DNA from: Botryllus schlosseri
Lineage: Eukaryota
Length of the DNA: 64,000 nucleotides
Assembly: GCA_051294905.1 (NCBI GenBank)
Contig: CM119377.1
Location: 15,252,001 to 15,316,000 of the forward strand
Reading direction: 5' to 3'
In this document: positions 1-13,599 of the stretch, one piece after another
Position numbering within the stretch: the first letter of the stretch is position 1
How the letters are laid out: each line of letters starts with the position of its first letter
Position numbers and translations under genes: made by a program
Notes under the pieces: model-generated
Database searches by the model: none
What the model was told of the DNA's origin: nothing
The model's input: only the letters and a program-made list of their open reading frames with translations

Positions 1-987
1 CATTATTTTCACTACCCCAGGACATGTTACAATTATTAGAAAATGTATTTTTTTATTGAACTTCTGAAGTAGCCTAATATATTTCAGGCGTCCTTCATCT
101 AATTAACGCTAAAATTACGAATAGCGTCGAGCTAATTGCTTTCATCCGTTATTTCGGTACCTTGAAGGAATCAAATGGTTATCAATAGCAGACTTGTGAA
201 TGATCGAGGGTTCTCGACCAAATAAGTGGAGAATACAAAAGTACTTCATTTTGAAGTATAATATCTCGTGATTATGCGTTACGCGCCATTCAGAATTTAA
301 TCTTTTATAACCAGGTATATACACGCAAAAAGCATTGGGTTTATATGGGTTTAGAGAAGAAGGCCGATACTATAATTCGATTATAGTTTCGTATATAGCT
401 TTACACCAGTGTTCTAAATCGTCGGTCTGCGTCAACTTTCCGGTCAAACATTATTTCAATTGCATTCGGAATTACCAAATGCAAGATGTTTATGGCTTGT
501 GCATTAACTAGAGTAGTAAACACAAAACACCGAACTGACTTGAAAACTAAGGCTTTATTACGTGGTACAGACTTCATGGTATACTTTGGGCTTGTCTATA
601 CGTCGTATTTCTACAATGATTCTATACCTACCTGCTTAAAATTAGCCTACGACTCTTTTAATAGCAGGAATATGTAAAAGCTGAAAACAGTTTTTGAACA
701 CCTTATTTGACGAAATTCGACAGTATAATTTAGCGACATAACATACTTTTGCAATCCTCGAAGTCACATTTCTTTCAAGAGAAACCGAAGAGTCAAAATC
801 AAATTTAACGGAACTTTGCCTTGCGGAATCGTTAAACGCATGGCGCGTATCAGGTGCAATATCAAAATATCATTAAACTGAAATTCCTTGTTTTGAGTTG
901 CATATTTTTTGTAACTAAGTTTTGGGTTTATTTTGATTTTCCAAAGTTCGCCGGTCCGCAAAATACGTTTGAATTGTTTCTGATAAG

Positions 988-1867
988 TAGGGCAATTTTT
1001 TTTTGACCTAAAAAACGGAAGATTTTGACCTAAAAAATCTAAATTTTGACCTTTTTTGACCTGAAAAAACTGAAATTTGACCAAATTTTGACCTCACGTA
1101 TGCAAATTAGGTGTTTTCGCATATAATGTTAAAATTGTACTACTTATCTTCATTTCTGGTTGGAACTGTCTGTCCTTACAAAGTAGATTGGCCTTAAAAA
1201 ACGTTTTTGGCTCATAAACTGACAGATTTCTACATGAAAAACTAGTATTTTAACGAAATCTGGCCCTATGAAGAATTCCACTAGTTACATTACGTATTCT
1301 GGTGGAAATAATTAAAATTTGTTGTAGTACAACGAAAGATCCTTTCCTACATTCTCTGGTAGAAAGTGTCTGTCCTTACTACGTAGCTTGCCAAGAACGG
1401 AGAAAGAACGTTCAACAGCAGCATTTTGTTGGCTGACAACACTCAAGTTGTGTGCACACTGCTGGTGACAAACCGTGTTGCTTCATTCTGACAATGTTGT
1501 CTATATCACAATTTTTCAGCTTGCGCTTGTTGATATAAGAACCATGCAATTTTCAAGCAGTCTTGCTTCAGCTAGGATATTGCGGTACGTTGACCATAAA
1601 ACCATGCCACTATTTGTTTCATTTTACCATTTATGATTCACAATGAGCAGACGATGGTCCGTTTACAACGGTAGGCCTATAAAGTAGGCTACAAGCTGTA
1701 AAATATCAAATGATAAGTTCACCGACAGCGCAAAATCTACGATACAAACGAAATGCAGAGGTCAAAAAATGTTTGACTTTGTAAATAATTTTGACAAATT
1801 TTGACCTAACGCTACAATTTTGACCTAATTTTGACTTTTTTTGACTTGTCAAAAAAAAATTGCCCTA
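988..1867 (+). mobile_element. Non-autonomous hAT element, family H1 (TAGGGC terminal inverted repeat, TIR)
   Basis: Perfect 20-bp TIR tagggcaatttttttttgac/gtcaaaaaaaaattgcccta; perfect 8-bp TSD ctgataag; subterminal ttttgacc repeats; internal minus-strand AAVERSFS..GKL.SKDRHFLPEN remnant of the hAT dimerisation domain. Confidence 0.92.
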
Positions 1868-2974
1868 CTGATAAGCAATGTTTTAAACAATAAAATTTCA
1901 TTTCGTTTCTCCAACGATAATGTGAATTTTAACAAAAATGGGCGCGTCTGAACTGATACGGAATTGACAATGTGCATTTCACAACACGCAATTCAATTTG
2001 TGGCTTATGGAAGAGTATACTTGCAGAGCTGAGTGCATGGAGAGGCCACACTCGGTGTAATTCACGATACGCAAAGCCTGTGTCTGTCGTTCTCACGCTG
2101 GTTCACCAGGTGGTTTCTTGTCCCGATTTGCAGCACAACAATGTAGGTGAATCAAGCCTTGTGTCTTATGTTCCAAATAAAACACGAGTTGTTGACGTAA
2201 TATGTTCCCACACGGATGTCCCGACTCTAACAGCTACTTGACACTCAGCTACATGGTTTATTGTTATTTCATGGTTATCGCTTAAGATGTGATTGTAACA
2301 GTAACTTAAATTCTTTTACCAACAGAACACCGTTTTCAAAGTCCTTCAATGGAAATTCTCTTGTTTTGTACAGGTGTTCTACAACGACAAATAAGCGTTC
2401 ATTCCCACGACGTAGCAAGACGCGACAGAGGTACGAAACCCTATTTCTTATGCATCAAATACCAAACTGCTGGCATACGAATAATGATACACTTTCACTG
2501 ATAACTGTTCTCAAGGTTATACCGTGTGCTGCACTATTTTCTGTTAGTTCCGTGCATTGTAAGCAAAAATCCTGGATTTCCTCAATTCCCAGCATATCGT
2601 TGGTGAAAATGAGGTAAACTGCACTTTCTGGTACAAAATTATGCTTCACGTCATGGCCTACTAATAGGCCATGTTCACACCCATTCCAATGGATTAAAAA
2701 GTGCCCATTATACCAATTCTTATGTAGTTGTATCCATATCGGTGTATATTTGTTATGTTTTCGTGAATCTACGCGAGGCGCAAAGAGGTGATACACGTAA
2801 CATGAACCCGCTATACAATTACAGTATATCTATATTATATATGTCAGAACTGCACATGGTGTATTGTATGTATATTTAGAATAGTATATGCGAACTTTGC
2901 CATCGCATATCAGTCATGCGCTGACGATTGTATGATACGATTCGTAATAATGTAATTGTAGATGTAGAAACTCG

Positions 2975-3218
2975 AAACGTGGCGTATATGCTCAGTGGGT
3001 GCGGTGCGGTCTACAATTTACAATTTGTATCTAGTAAAATAGCTATTGGAACATATCTAGGTTCCTCCTCGCCATCTCATCCGTGTAAGCGGTGTCTTAT
3101 AAAAGGTTAGAAGAGGGCCGTGCTACAAGTCGGCAGTTACGGAATAACAATAGACAGAAATGACTTGGTGTAAATGACCACAGTAGTCGACAAACACCAT
3201 GAAGAACACAAACAAGAA
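2975..3218 (+). mobile_element. SINE-A copy, head degraded
   Basis: Body ctaggttcctcctcgccatctcatcc...ggtgtaaatgaccacagtagtcgacaaacaccatgaa matches 13140-13285. Confidence 0.85.
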
Positions 3219-4663
3219 GCTACAGATATTCACAATGTACATCATATGATGTACTGGTAGAATCCAATTAACCATACTGGGATGTATGAAGACTGCATAG
3301 TTTGAATGTCATTTCTGACGATTTGTTTGCCCTGCAGTAAGCGGGAGTCGGTCACAAGGTGAGATTTACATAGACATGATTTTTAAAATCTGTTGGGTCT
3401 AATATTGACAACGGCTCTTGTAAATTTTAACCTTCATTATCAAAGCGGCTTGTCGAATACCTATTGGCTAATGTGCATCTGTAGGTAAACGGAGTACATT
3501 TCGCAATTGTGAATAATGCCTCCAATATTTCATGTTATCAATAACGCATTCGCAACAGACGCGACACAACGATGTGGTAAATCACCCACCGATATTAATG
3601 TTGGTACAATGACTATTCTGCTACTTGAAAGAGTCATATTAACGACAATTCCGTAAGAAATATTGCTGGTAATGATTATTGCGTACATTGTTTTGTGATT
3701 TGATGCGGGCGTCTTTATTCCTTCGTGTCCCGGACAGGCGGGCGGTGGGTAATCAAGGGTAATTGTGAATTGACATGAATTAAATTTACATCCCTTTATC
3801 TCGAGTCAACAATTCCGCGGCGTTAAGTCAACTAATTCGGTATGATATCGTATTTTGTGCAAATAGTTTGGATTGTAAATAGATGTGTCGGTCACGCAAC
3901 GATGTTTGGATAATGTTTTCTAATATCAACGGTATCTCTCTAGATATGGCCAGACTGACAACTGTTCTACATTCATCTCGCCGTGTTGAGCTTGTTTAAA
4001 TTATGAAATCAGTGCTCACGTTATGATAAAATTACTTTGTAAGAGTCATATAGGTGATTTACGACCAACACAATTACCCTATACGAAATAAATCATTCCA
4101 TAAGGCCGTCTTATCCATGTTATTGCTCCGGTTTTTAGCACGTTTTCCGCAATGTACACAGGGCAACGAACGATTACTTTTCGATTTAACGGTGTATCCA
4201 GGCTGATTTGCACTGACAACACCAAACAAATTATTGCTAGCGCTTATGACATGTATTAAATCGGCGAAATATTGATGTGACAGTTGCATTTGTGAGCTCA
4301 ATCCTGAGCAAATAACCGAGAGCTGTACGCTGGAATGAATAAAGAGAAACAGTGTCGTTTTCCAACTACCGGTTACTACGAATATTGGCCTATACCCATC
4401 GACCTATATTTAGGCGGCCGTTAGCTGATGTCGACTTGGTTTTGTTCTTAACTGACCTTTCTGACTATTGTTTTGCACTGATAGTAGCCTGCCTTGTGCA
4501 TTTTAGTTGCTCCTGAATTTCTGATACTGTAAATACGGTCATGGTATACACTAGTTACACTGTTCAGTTCTCGTCCAATTCTGCCATATTGTTGTTTAAC
4601 TGTGCGGCATATTCTGGAACATGTAGTTTGCAAATACAGCTAAAATATATTAATGATTAGATT

Positions 4664-5290
4664 ATGTTGTTGTTGTTGTTGTTGTTGTTTGTGGTATTCA
4701 TGGTGTATGTCGGCTACAATGGTCATTTACACCAGGCCGATATTCCATCTTTTTGATTCCGTGGCTGCCGACTTGTAGCTAGGGTTGCATTTGAAACAAA
4801 TGGTTGTTTAAAACACTTTGTTTAAAACATGTTTTAAACAGTGTTTTAAACAAAGGCCTTTCTAAAAAAAAGCAAAATTGTGCTTTTGTTAAGTTGTATA
4901 ATTATGCCATAATTGTGTAAATAATTTCCAAAAACATGTCGTATGACTCTGTACGGACGACGATTAACATGCACCCGATATATAGCCGACGTATACGATG
5001 TGGGCTGGTTGGAATCCTCGAAATAGTCGGTTCAACAGAGTACGTAGATATAGATCATTGGTACGGAATGAATGTTCTGATGATGATGACCGCCGACCGT
5101 AAAAATGCTGCAAGACGATGTAGTCCTAGTTAAAGATATTTCGGTCCGTATATGATAGGGGTTGGAAGCATATTTCCTCAGAGGAGTTGTATTTTTGGTT
5201 TTAAACACAGTCATACTGATCCTATGCTTGTTGCAAGGCCCACTTCTAGGCTTTTTAAGACACTGCGAATGATATGGCGAGGAGGGAGTA
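4664..5290 (-). mobile_element. SINE-A copy split by an M1 MITE (4664-4779 and ~5227-5290)
   Basis: (TTG)n tail at 4664-4690; reverse-strand body; resumes after the MITE. Confidence 0.8.
4780..5224 (+). mobile_element. hAT-type MITE family M1, right end degraded, inserted in a SINE-A
   Basis: Starts tagggttgcatttgaaac. The SINE resumes at about 5227 with cttgttgc, echoing cttgtagc at 4772-4779. Confidence 0.75.
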
Positions 5291-6745
5291 TATGTTGCTA
5301 TGATTCAATGCTGCAGTCCGTAGTTTACTTAATGGCTTGAAAAGATGTAGTAGTCTACAAATACACACGTCGCCAACATACCACAGTTGAAGAATCGTGT
5401 GTTTCAGATCTAAACAAATTATTTCAGATATTTCCCAACCTATAGCCCGCGGTATAAGTAATAACGCACAAATCACATTACGGCCAACTTGTTGAAAATA
5501 TCCATACACGCTCGAGTAACATACAAGCTCGTAAGTATATTTCCCGAACCTCGTCTTTACAGTGGACCTAAATGGTTCTGTAATTCAATCTTGTTTTTTT
5601 TGTTGCCCAACTGTTGTTGCTGGATTCCCGAGTTCACTTCTGTCGGAATCGAACCCGCAGCCACAGCCATTTTCATTCATGAAAGTTTTTCACGAGTTCA
5701 ATTGTCTCTTCGAAAAATCGTGAATAGTAAAAGGGGGTAACAGAGATGTTGCACATCTCGCCTGTTTTCCTTTACTATACAACCCTACAATAGTCATACT
5801 TTACAAATTATTTGACTAATATGGTTTTTTACCATCATTCTATACTTAGAATGTCTGGTGTATGGAGCTGTTGATTTTTCCATTAAAAGAAGGAATACTC
5901 TGATGGGTATCAGGAGTGATGGTGATACAGAGCTCTCCTGATTTCCTCATATTAATTATACAATCCGGGTGGTCATATTTTTAAAATTCTTTGACTAAAG
6001 GCTTTGGACCATTATGTTCCACTTATCACATGATTTATGACAATAAGACACACGCAATACGAATTTCTTATCGCGCGATGTGTCTCTTGTTTGACGTTTC
6101 GGGTCTCCAAAGGCTTACGATCTCCTAATTTTGCGATTTTGAACTCGTATCGCGATTATCAGAGTTGGATTTGATATGCCTTCCGCTATCTTAAGCAGTT
6201 GATACCTGAATGAATAATGCCTAAATAGCCGTTAATTCGTTATTAAAGCGCGAAGATGATAAAACGCATTGTCATCCTATTCGTTCAGCTGTACTTTGCC
6301 TCCTAATATTGAAATAACTTATCTCGAATGTAGTTAGTCCCATTTATGTTTGTTTATCACCATTTAGTCACACAACACATGTTTTAAAACACGAGCAAAG
6401 GTGAATAAGAGGACGGGGTTTCACTTGATGTATGCGTAGCTGTGTCATTGCTCACTCGGTACATAAGTCATCAGATTGAATAGACGATAAATAAAGTCAT
6501 TCAATATTGCAACTACTCTTTTGACACTGTTTGCATTCTGCATGGGTGACAACCTCCCACGCACTGGGGACGATGATCCAGAATCCACTCACCATTCATT
6601 ATACACGGAGCACTACTGCTCGTGATATCTCAAACCATGAGAAATATATGGTTTGGTCTGTAATCCAGAGTTTGAATTTGGATTTCAAAAATAAAACCTT
6701 TTGAAAATTTGGCTGGCTCTCTGGATTTTGTCATGGTTCTGAGAC

Positions 6746-6907
6746 NNNNNNNNNNNNNNNNNNNNNNNNNNNNNNNNNNNNNNNNNNNNNNNNNNNNNNN
6801 NNNNNNNNNNNNNNNNNNNNNNNNNNNNNNNNNNNNNNNNNNNNNNNNNNNNNNNNNNNNNNNNNNNNNNNNNNNNNNNNNNNNNNNNNNNNNNNNNNNN
6901 NNNNNNN
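6746..6907. other. Assembly gap (162 N)
   Basis: Run of N; a SINE head abuts its right edge. Confidence 0.99.
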
Positions 6908-6985
6908 TCTTTGGTCTGACCCGGCCGGGGATCGAACCCACGACCTACCGATCGAGAAGCCGGACGCACAATCATTACACGATCT
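6908..6985 (-). mobile_element. SINE-B head adjacent to the assembly gap
   Basis: tctttggtctgacccggccggggatcgaacccacgacctaccgatcg, the reverse complement of the tRNA-like head. Confidence 0.8.
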
Positions 6986-7099
6986 TGCTCGGCAAGATAG
7001 GTTCCTAATTTAAATGTTGGATTTATTTTGTGCTGTATGGTACAAGATTGACTTAAGGATTTGGAGTGGAAATTTAATCTCCTATTCTAAACCAGATTC

Positions 7100-7520
7100 G
7101 GAGTTTAAAATAACCAGCGTGTTCCTTATTAATATTTAATATATTATCATCGTCCGGCACAATAGCGGCTCTTGCGGCTTCGAGCACCTCAGAAAGGTGG
7201 CGTCTATACCAGAAGAAGGAGTCATCAACGTAGTTGCCACTTTTTCCGAATACTCACGTAATTTTCTTATTTAATTGTTCTATACTTACTAAATGGGTTA
7301 TATTTTTAGATCATTTCTACTTTACAAGATTTAGGCGAAATACTTGCACCTTGGGAGTAGAAATTAGTTTTGAGAGATGTATGCTCGTATGAGTTTCTGG
7401 TTGCAAGGGTTGCTGGTGACAGTGTATCGCATAGTAGCTTAAGACATTGCCGAAAATTGCACCGATTTGTTATTAGTTGCTTTGCGTTAGTCTTTAGCAT
7501 CTTGCAATTTCAAAAGACTT
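7100..7520 (-). pseudogene. Decayed reverse-transcriptase fragment, possibly DIRS-like
   Basis: Broken minus-strand peptides SQGASISPK and IRKSGNYVDDSFF resemble RT motifs PQG...SP and Y[IVL]DD. Confidence 0.3.
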
Positions 7521-8028
7521 TTTAGGACTACTTACTTCACCATAGCAACAAAAAATATATTCATATTGCCAAATTTATTCTACTCAAAGCTTTTCTATTG
7601 ACTCCCATCAGAAGCGAACGTCAGTAAATGAGACAAACCAAATTCGAAATATAGGGAGAATTTTTCTTGTATCTAGATACTTTCAACGGTCTTGATTTTA
7701 TTCTATTCCCAATTACTTTTCACATTTCTTTGAATTTGCTAATTGTACTAGTAAGTTGTAATGAGTAAAAAGTTTGGGCGTTACGTATGCATGTGTGCAG
7801 GGCTGACCACTGGAACCTACCTCTATTCCAATCCACCCCGACTGCACCACTCGCTTTCCCCCGAATCCGTTATTATCTAATAGAGTTTTCGGGAGTCCTT
7901 AACACACCCTCCATAATAATATGCCTGAGTCTTAATTTCTCAGCGAATCAAATATGTCAATTCCCTGCCTGTGCCAATATTGCAATATCATACCTTTCCC
8001 GTATACACGACAGCTTGTTGTTGGTCGG

Positions 8029-8190
8029 TTAGTTTAGTTATTCATAGTGTTTTTCGACTGCAATGGTCATTTACGCCTGGCAGATTTTCTTTATTTTGAT
8101 TCCGTATCTGCCGGCTCGTAGCACGGCTTTTTGAAATACCGCTTGTGTGGATCATATGGCGAGGAGGAGCCTAGATAAACCTTCAACACA
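8029..8190 (-). mobile_element. SINE-A 3' fragment
   Basis: atggtcatttacgcctgg...tggcgaggaggagcctagataaacc, the reverse complement of the family body. Confidence 0.8.
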
Positions 8191-8499
8191 GCTTGTCGTT
8201 CGAAGTTTTCCTATCGCCCATTCAAACGAAGGTACAGCAGTGTTTATCATTGGTTAGTAGAAAGTTACTTACGAAAATCCACGAAACTTAAAACAAAGTG
8301 ATAACGTTACTTGAAGTAAATAATTTGTAATGTGCGAGCTTTCCTATAGGCGCGGATGACTAACAAGTCACACTTTCGTCCTGCTGATGTGATTTTTGTG
8401 ATACTGGCTTTCGTACTACTGGAGTGAAGTTATTGCTTGTTTTGACCCGCAACTTCGTAGGTACAACTTAAGAATTAAGATACCTAGTTATCTTGTGGT

Positions 8500-10194
8500 C
8501 ATGCCGTATTTTACGAGAACCGTACATCCCGCTTCGGTCATCGGTCATATATCTTTGTGAACTGAACGTGATCGTCGTGTCGTGTTACATCGATCTGTTA
8601 CTGTCAAGTAAAGAAAAGTTACGTAAGAATTCTTCTTCGCCTTGTTCGTTACAACTGGAAATGGCGTAATTGGGGTTGCATTTTAAAAAATGATGTTTTA
8701 AAACACTTTGTTTAAAACATGTTTTAAAAAGTGTTTTAAAAAAGGCCCTTTAAAAAGAAAATTGTGATTTTTTAAGTGGTAAAATTATGCCAAGATTGAG
8801 TAAATACTTTGCAAAACACATGTTGTATGAGCCTACGGACAATTACCACCCGATATAGCCGACGTATATCGATATGGGATGATAGCAACCCTCAAAAGAG
8901 TCGGTTCAACAGCAATAGTACATATTTCGTCAAAGGAGCTACTTTTACCCTATATTTTTAATTGTCAATGCCAATCCACTATGACGTCACAATTGAATAT
9001 TGGTGACGTCATGGTTTAAAAAAAAATTTAAAACAATAAAAAACATGTTTCGAGTTAGGGCGTTGTTTTAAACATGTTTATTTTAAATTGACTTTTTGTC
9101 TAACTGCAATCTTAGGCGTAATATATGAGTTCCGTTCCTGAAAATTGTTTTCTCTGTACCTAGTGGTCATTTTATTATATTCTATGTGCTCCAAAATGCT
9201 TAACTACAATACTCATATACGGCTCACCTTGTTTGACTTGTAAATGGGCAATTTTCTGCTGACCATCAAAGCGGGAATACCTAAAGCACCCCGATCAAAC
9301 GAGAAGCTTGAAGCTGGTATCTTTGATGGACCTCAGATTCGACTACGGATGAAAGATTGTAATTTCATATTAAGAAAGGAGCTTACTTCATGGAATTCTT
9401 TCTAGGATGTAGTAAATAAAAATTTCTGGAAGGTCACAAAGCACCCAACTACAAATAGTGGGCCCGAAAATTGGTATCTGCATATGGTAAAATTGGAGCA
9501 AACATGAGCAATAAAGTTCAATTCCTGTTCCGTCATGCTGATACATTTCCTGATCATCGTGGTGAGTGAGGAGCAAGGGGTAAGGTTCCACCAAGACACC
9601 AAAACAACAAAAGAATGATATCAGGGTAGATGAGGTGAAGATATTATGACAAACTATTGCTGGAATCTTTCGGGAGACTGCCCTAAATTTCTTACAAGCG
9701 AAAATCGTGATTGAAACAATTCTGTCTTAATATAAAATGTTGATATTATATTGCAACTGATTATTTTGAGTATACAATAGGTGCTTGACATAAAACTGAT
9801 TGTATCAATGCAAGGTTATTTGAGTATTTAGGCGGATACTTCTAGATATATGATTGGAGTTTATTTGTACATGACATCAGTGAAAGTCTCCAACTATGCC
9901 AATTCGAATACCCCTAAATATACTGATGTTGCTGTATTTTGAATTAAAACAGTCTTCCGCGTGTAAAAACAACAAGTAGATTGAATTTCTGAACTTGATA
10001 ATGCGTCTGAACCGTTTTATTTTATTCAGCCCATACAGCAAAAATATGAGATTTTTGTCAAAATAGCCCCATCGGTTTTATCTCCAAAACCAGAGCCGAA
10101 TTATAAAAACTAAGGTCCTGTTCGGAATCAGTGCCCTTCAGAACTTCCGAAACCACATATACTTTGTTTGCCTAAAAATATGTGTTGACCAGTG
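8500..10194 (+). mobile_element. 5'-truncated Chapaev3-like transposon remnant interrupted by an M1 MITE
   Basis: Peptides ENCFLC, EKLEAGIFDGPQIR, NFLEGHKAPNY, MSNKVQFL and EEQGVRFHQD; same right end (tgtgttgaccagtg) as 51929-53474. Left boundary approximate. Confidence 0.65.
8671..9114 (+). mobile_element. hAT-type MITE family M1 (TAGGGTTGCA TIR)
   Basis: Termini tggggttgca.../...tgcaatctta; perfect TSD ggcgtaat; gttttaaaac subterminal repeats; inserted in a Chapaev-like remnant. Confidence 0.88.
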
Positions 10195-12796
10195 ATAATT
10201 CTTCTCGGGTAGGCTACCAATCATTAATACCTTGACCATGCAACTCTGGCTACTGGACAGCTACTGGACAGACAAAACTTCAACGTTTTTTTTTCGGTGT
10301 AACATTCAGTTTTTTTGAATTACATCTAATCATGACCAAGGCCCGTGTCTGCCGTGCTGGACTGCTAGTGTAAAATGACTTATACAGAATGAATGTATTG
10401 AATTTGCTGAATGTGCTTAACGCAGTGAACCCACTAAGACTGCAAAACATGAACATAAGAAGCCGCCTATACATATAGCTGATATTTTGTAAGCTTTCAA
10501 CGATGGACAATTCATTTCAATTTCGAGGCCGCAGCGATTACTCCATATCTTATCATTATTGTAAACTGCTTTCAACGGGCCGAAGATTCGTGACGACATT
10601 ATTGTCCTTGTTTGTTATTATTCGTATTATAACCATATAAGGATCTACGACGACTACAAAAGAGGTTTTGCTCAGCCCGTTTCGCGGCTTCATTGACAGT
10701 TGACTTGCAGTGCAATTGTTAGTGTCCATATCATCGGTGTTGGCAACGATGACCTGTGGTGAGCATTGAGAATAAGGCAAAATATATCGGAAATCAGGAC
10801 AGATCGTATAAATATGGACAATGAGGTCGTATAAGACATTGCCCGTCAAACTCAGGAGAGATCTTATATAAGGACGTTATAGCAACTCTTGCTATCTAGT
10901 ACGAATTCCTGTTGCAATATAATATACACAACACATCCGTCGGAATGCTTGTAATCAAGGTGCCTCAAACATTAATGTTTGAAATGTAACTCAATGCTTT
11001 ACTTGAATAAAACACACAGTCACTCCTCCCAATGTCAATTGACGATATCTATGCATGATTCCACCATAACAAGTATCATCGAAGGTGAGAGGCGAAGAGC
11101 AAACGAAATGATACATCGCATAAGAACCTGTGTTATCTACATATCAAGTACTTCGAATGTCAATCTTAAATTCTATTGCCTAATATACAGGCTCTTATAA
11201 CGTAACTACCTTGTATGAATGTTGGCTCGAAAGTTTGTGACAGATAGCAAAATGTACACCCGGAGATAATTAGCACGCAGACACTTGTTTGTTTTCGTTT
11301 CGAGTGTAAATTGGGCCGTAAGCCTGCTCTTCATAGTGTATCCATCTTAGAGTGGGTAACCCGACCAAACACTTGATAAATATAGCTCAAATGCAGAAAG
11401 TTCACAATTGAACCAGCGATAACTGAAGCATTTACAATATTATACTCTGTCTGTGTAATCGTTGTAATAAGTAATCGGGCACGTCCGACGTCCGTGCTTA
11501 AAGAGCCCAGAACCAAATTGTGTAATTTACGTTAAAACCTCTTATCAACGGGGAGCGGTCGCTGGTGCAATATTAATTAATGTGGCATGGAGTGAGCGGT
11601 TAAACAATACCAACAAGAAGTACATGTATCAGACGTTGTTTTATTACACGTTCTGACACGTCAGCTGAGTCAATGGTCCATGCTCACTGAAATACGCAGT
11701 ATATAATATCGTAGCAGTATTTTAATTTTATTTTCAGACTAACAAGCGTTCCTGTGATTTTACAAGGTAAATTACTTATTGACAAACACTGTAAAGGAGT
11801 TTTCACTGCAAGAAATCTGTCATAATACATGACGTAGTATACGGATCGTAAAAATCGTTCAGCTGAGTTTGGTATGGTAATTATTCCATGGCGCATATGC
11901 ATTATACATGCAGCCTAATGTTCAGCTCAAAACCGAAAAATATCTTGAACTTTGGATGCATACAATTATAGTACTGTCCTGTTTGTGTAATCCCTATACC
12001 GACTTGCAGTATGCACAATCAAACGATCTTCTTTCAACTCAGGTCCCGACAATGCAAGTCAATTGTCGATTGTAGATGTCGTTTATTAATGCGTGCGTTG
12101 AACCAAGAAGGTTATTCGTTAGTTAACCAGTCTAGCGTGTGGCGTGCGGGAGATACCGCAGTCATGGGATTGTATCTGCGATTAATACTTCTCACCACTA
12201 AACTATACGCTTGAATGTTGTGTGTATTGCATATGTATGTATTGTTGACCCCTTATGTATATATATAACATGGATGCAAACGAGTACTTGGATATGGCAC
12301 AGAAAGCGTTGCGTTATAATCAGCAAACATAATTAACAACTTCTCCCATTATGCAATGTTTAAATGTTATTGTGTACACATATGCAGACTTCGACGGTAA
12401 CCCTGAGATGCATGTTGGCAGGCTATTTATTTTCAACTACGCCTATGCTTTTGTGCAAAACACGCCTATGCTTTGGAGATAAGATTAGCTGGAATCTCCA
12501 CTCCATAAGCTGCGAATTATTTTGAACCACATTGTTGAAGTCATATCTTAGCGTAATCCGAACTCGCGTTTACAAATGGATTAGTCTTTACACTGTTTAT
12601 TACAGATTGTCGAATTTGATTCCAGCGATGGAATACCGTGAGTTTGCTGATTCGTATAAATTACATCAGTCATCCAAATTTATCAGATACGACGCATAAC
12701 TGGAAGATACCTATATAACCTATATATTATATATATATATATAGCTATAAAGTGTCCAATTATTCTTGCTGACATTCCCAAAAGTTCACGAATTCG

Positions 12797-12846
12797 TGCG
12801 TAGATGCGTAGATGCGTAGATGCGTAGAAGCGTAGATGCGTAGATG
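12797..12846. repeat. (TGCGTAGA)n 8-bp minisatellite, about 6 units
   Basis: Direct reading; one variant unit. Confidence 0.95.
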
Positions 12847-13020
12847 TCAGCTGCTTACAGCCTCCAATCCTTTCATGCCCAATGAAACCTTACAAACTCA
12901 AAAACATTGCAGATATATTCATTACCATTGATATGGCGAGATTGAAGTTAACTTTTCAAAATTTCAGAATTTCAAAATTTGTTACAATATTATACATATT
13001 ATTATCATACATATTAGAGT

Positions 13021-13304
13021 GGCTGGCGAGATAGCGCAGTGGTATAATCCGCGGCTTCAACACCAATGGGTGCGGGTTCGAGTCCGCAGAGGTCGAGATC
13101 GACTTCCGAATTCCGATATAAAGTGTTGGAGGTTTACCTAGGCTCCTCCTCGCCACCTCATCCGCGTCAGTGGTGTCTTACAAAAAGCCTAGAGGTGGGC
13201 CGTGCTATAAGTCGGCAGTTACGGAAAATAAGAAGAATATCGGCCTGGTGTAAATGACCATAGTAGTCGACAAACACCATGAATACCTCAAAACAAACAA
13301 ACAA
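13021..13304 (+). mobile_element. Full-length tRNA-derived SINE, family A
   Basis: A box tagcgcagtgg, B box ggttcgagtcc, body, (AAAC)n tail; perfect 12-bp TSD acatattagagt (13009-13020, 13305-13316). Confidence 0.92.
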
Positions 13305-13599
13305 ACATATTAGAGTCTCAGTCCTTAAAAACGATTGATGTAAAGTTGTTGGTCTGCCCCTGCCAAAATGTTACGTTTGGTTAAAAACACACTGTGTAAA
13401 ATTTTAATGATATTTATTATTGTTTAGAGGCGGCTCAATGGATCCGAAATTCTACTCATACTAGGCATAGGACACATATAGCCACTTCAATAGTTGCTAT
13501 TGGGTCAACGCTTGAACGCCTGGGTTACGTCGTCTGGGTATTAGCTGATCATTGGCAGTGGCGAAATGATGGCCAATATCATGTTATTTTGCCTAGTAA

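Noticed and set aside
764-1084. 106-aa ORF at the window start
   Set aside because: Produced by low-complexity subterminal repeats of the H1 hAT element.
6630-7008. ORFs containing X runs
   Set aside because: Artefacts of the 162-N gap.
13021-13095. Possible tRNA gene (also 55457-55530)
   Set aside because: A and B boxes are present but there is no clean cloverleaf. Each is fused to a repeated body and simple-repeat tail, so they are SINE heads.
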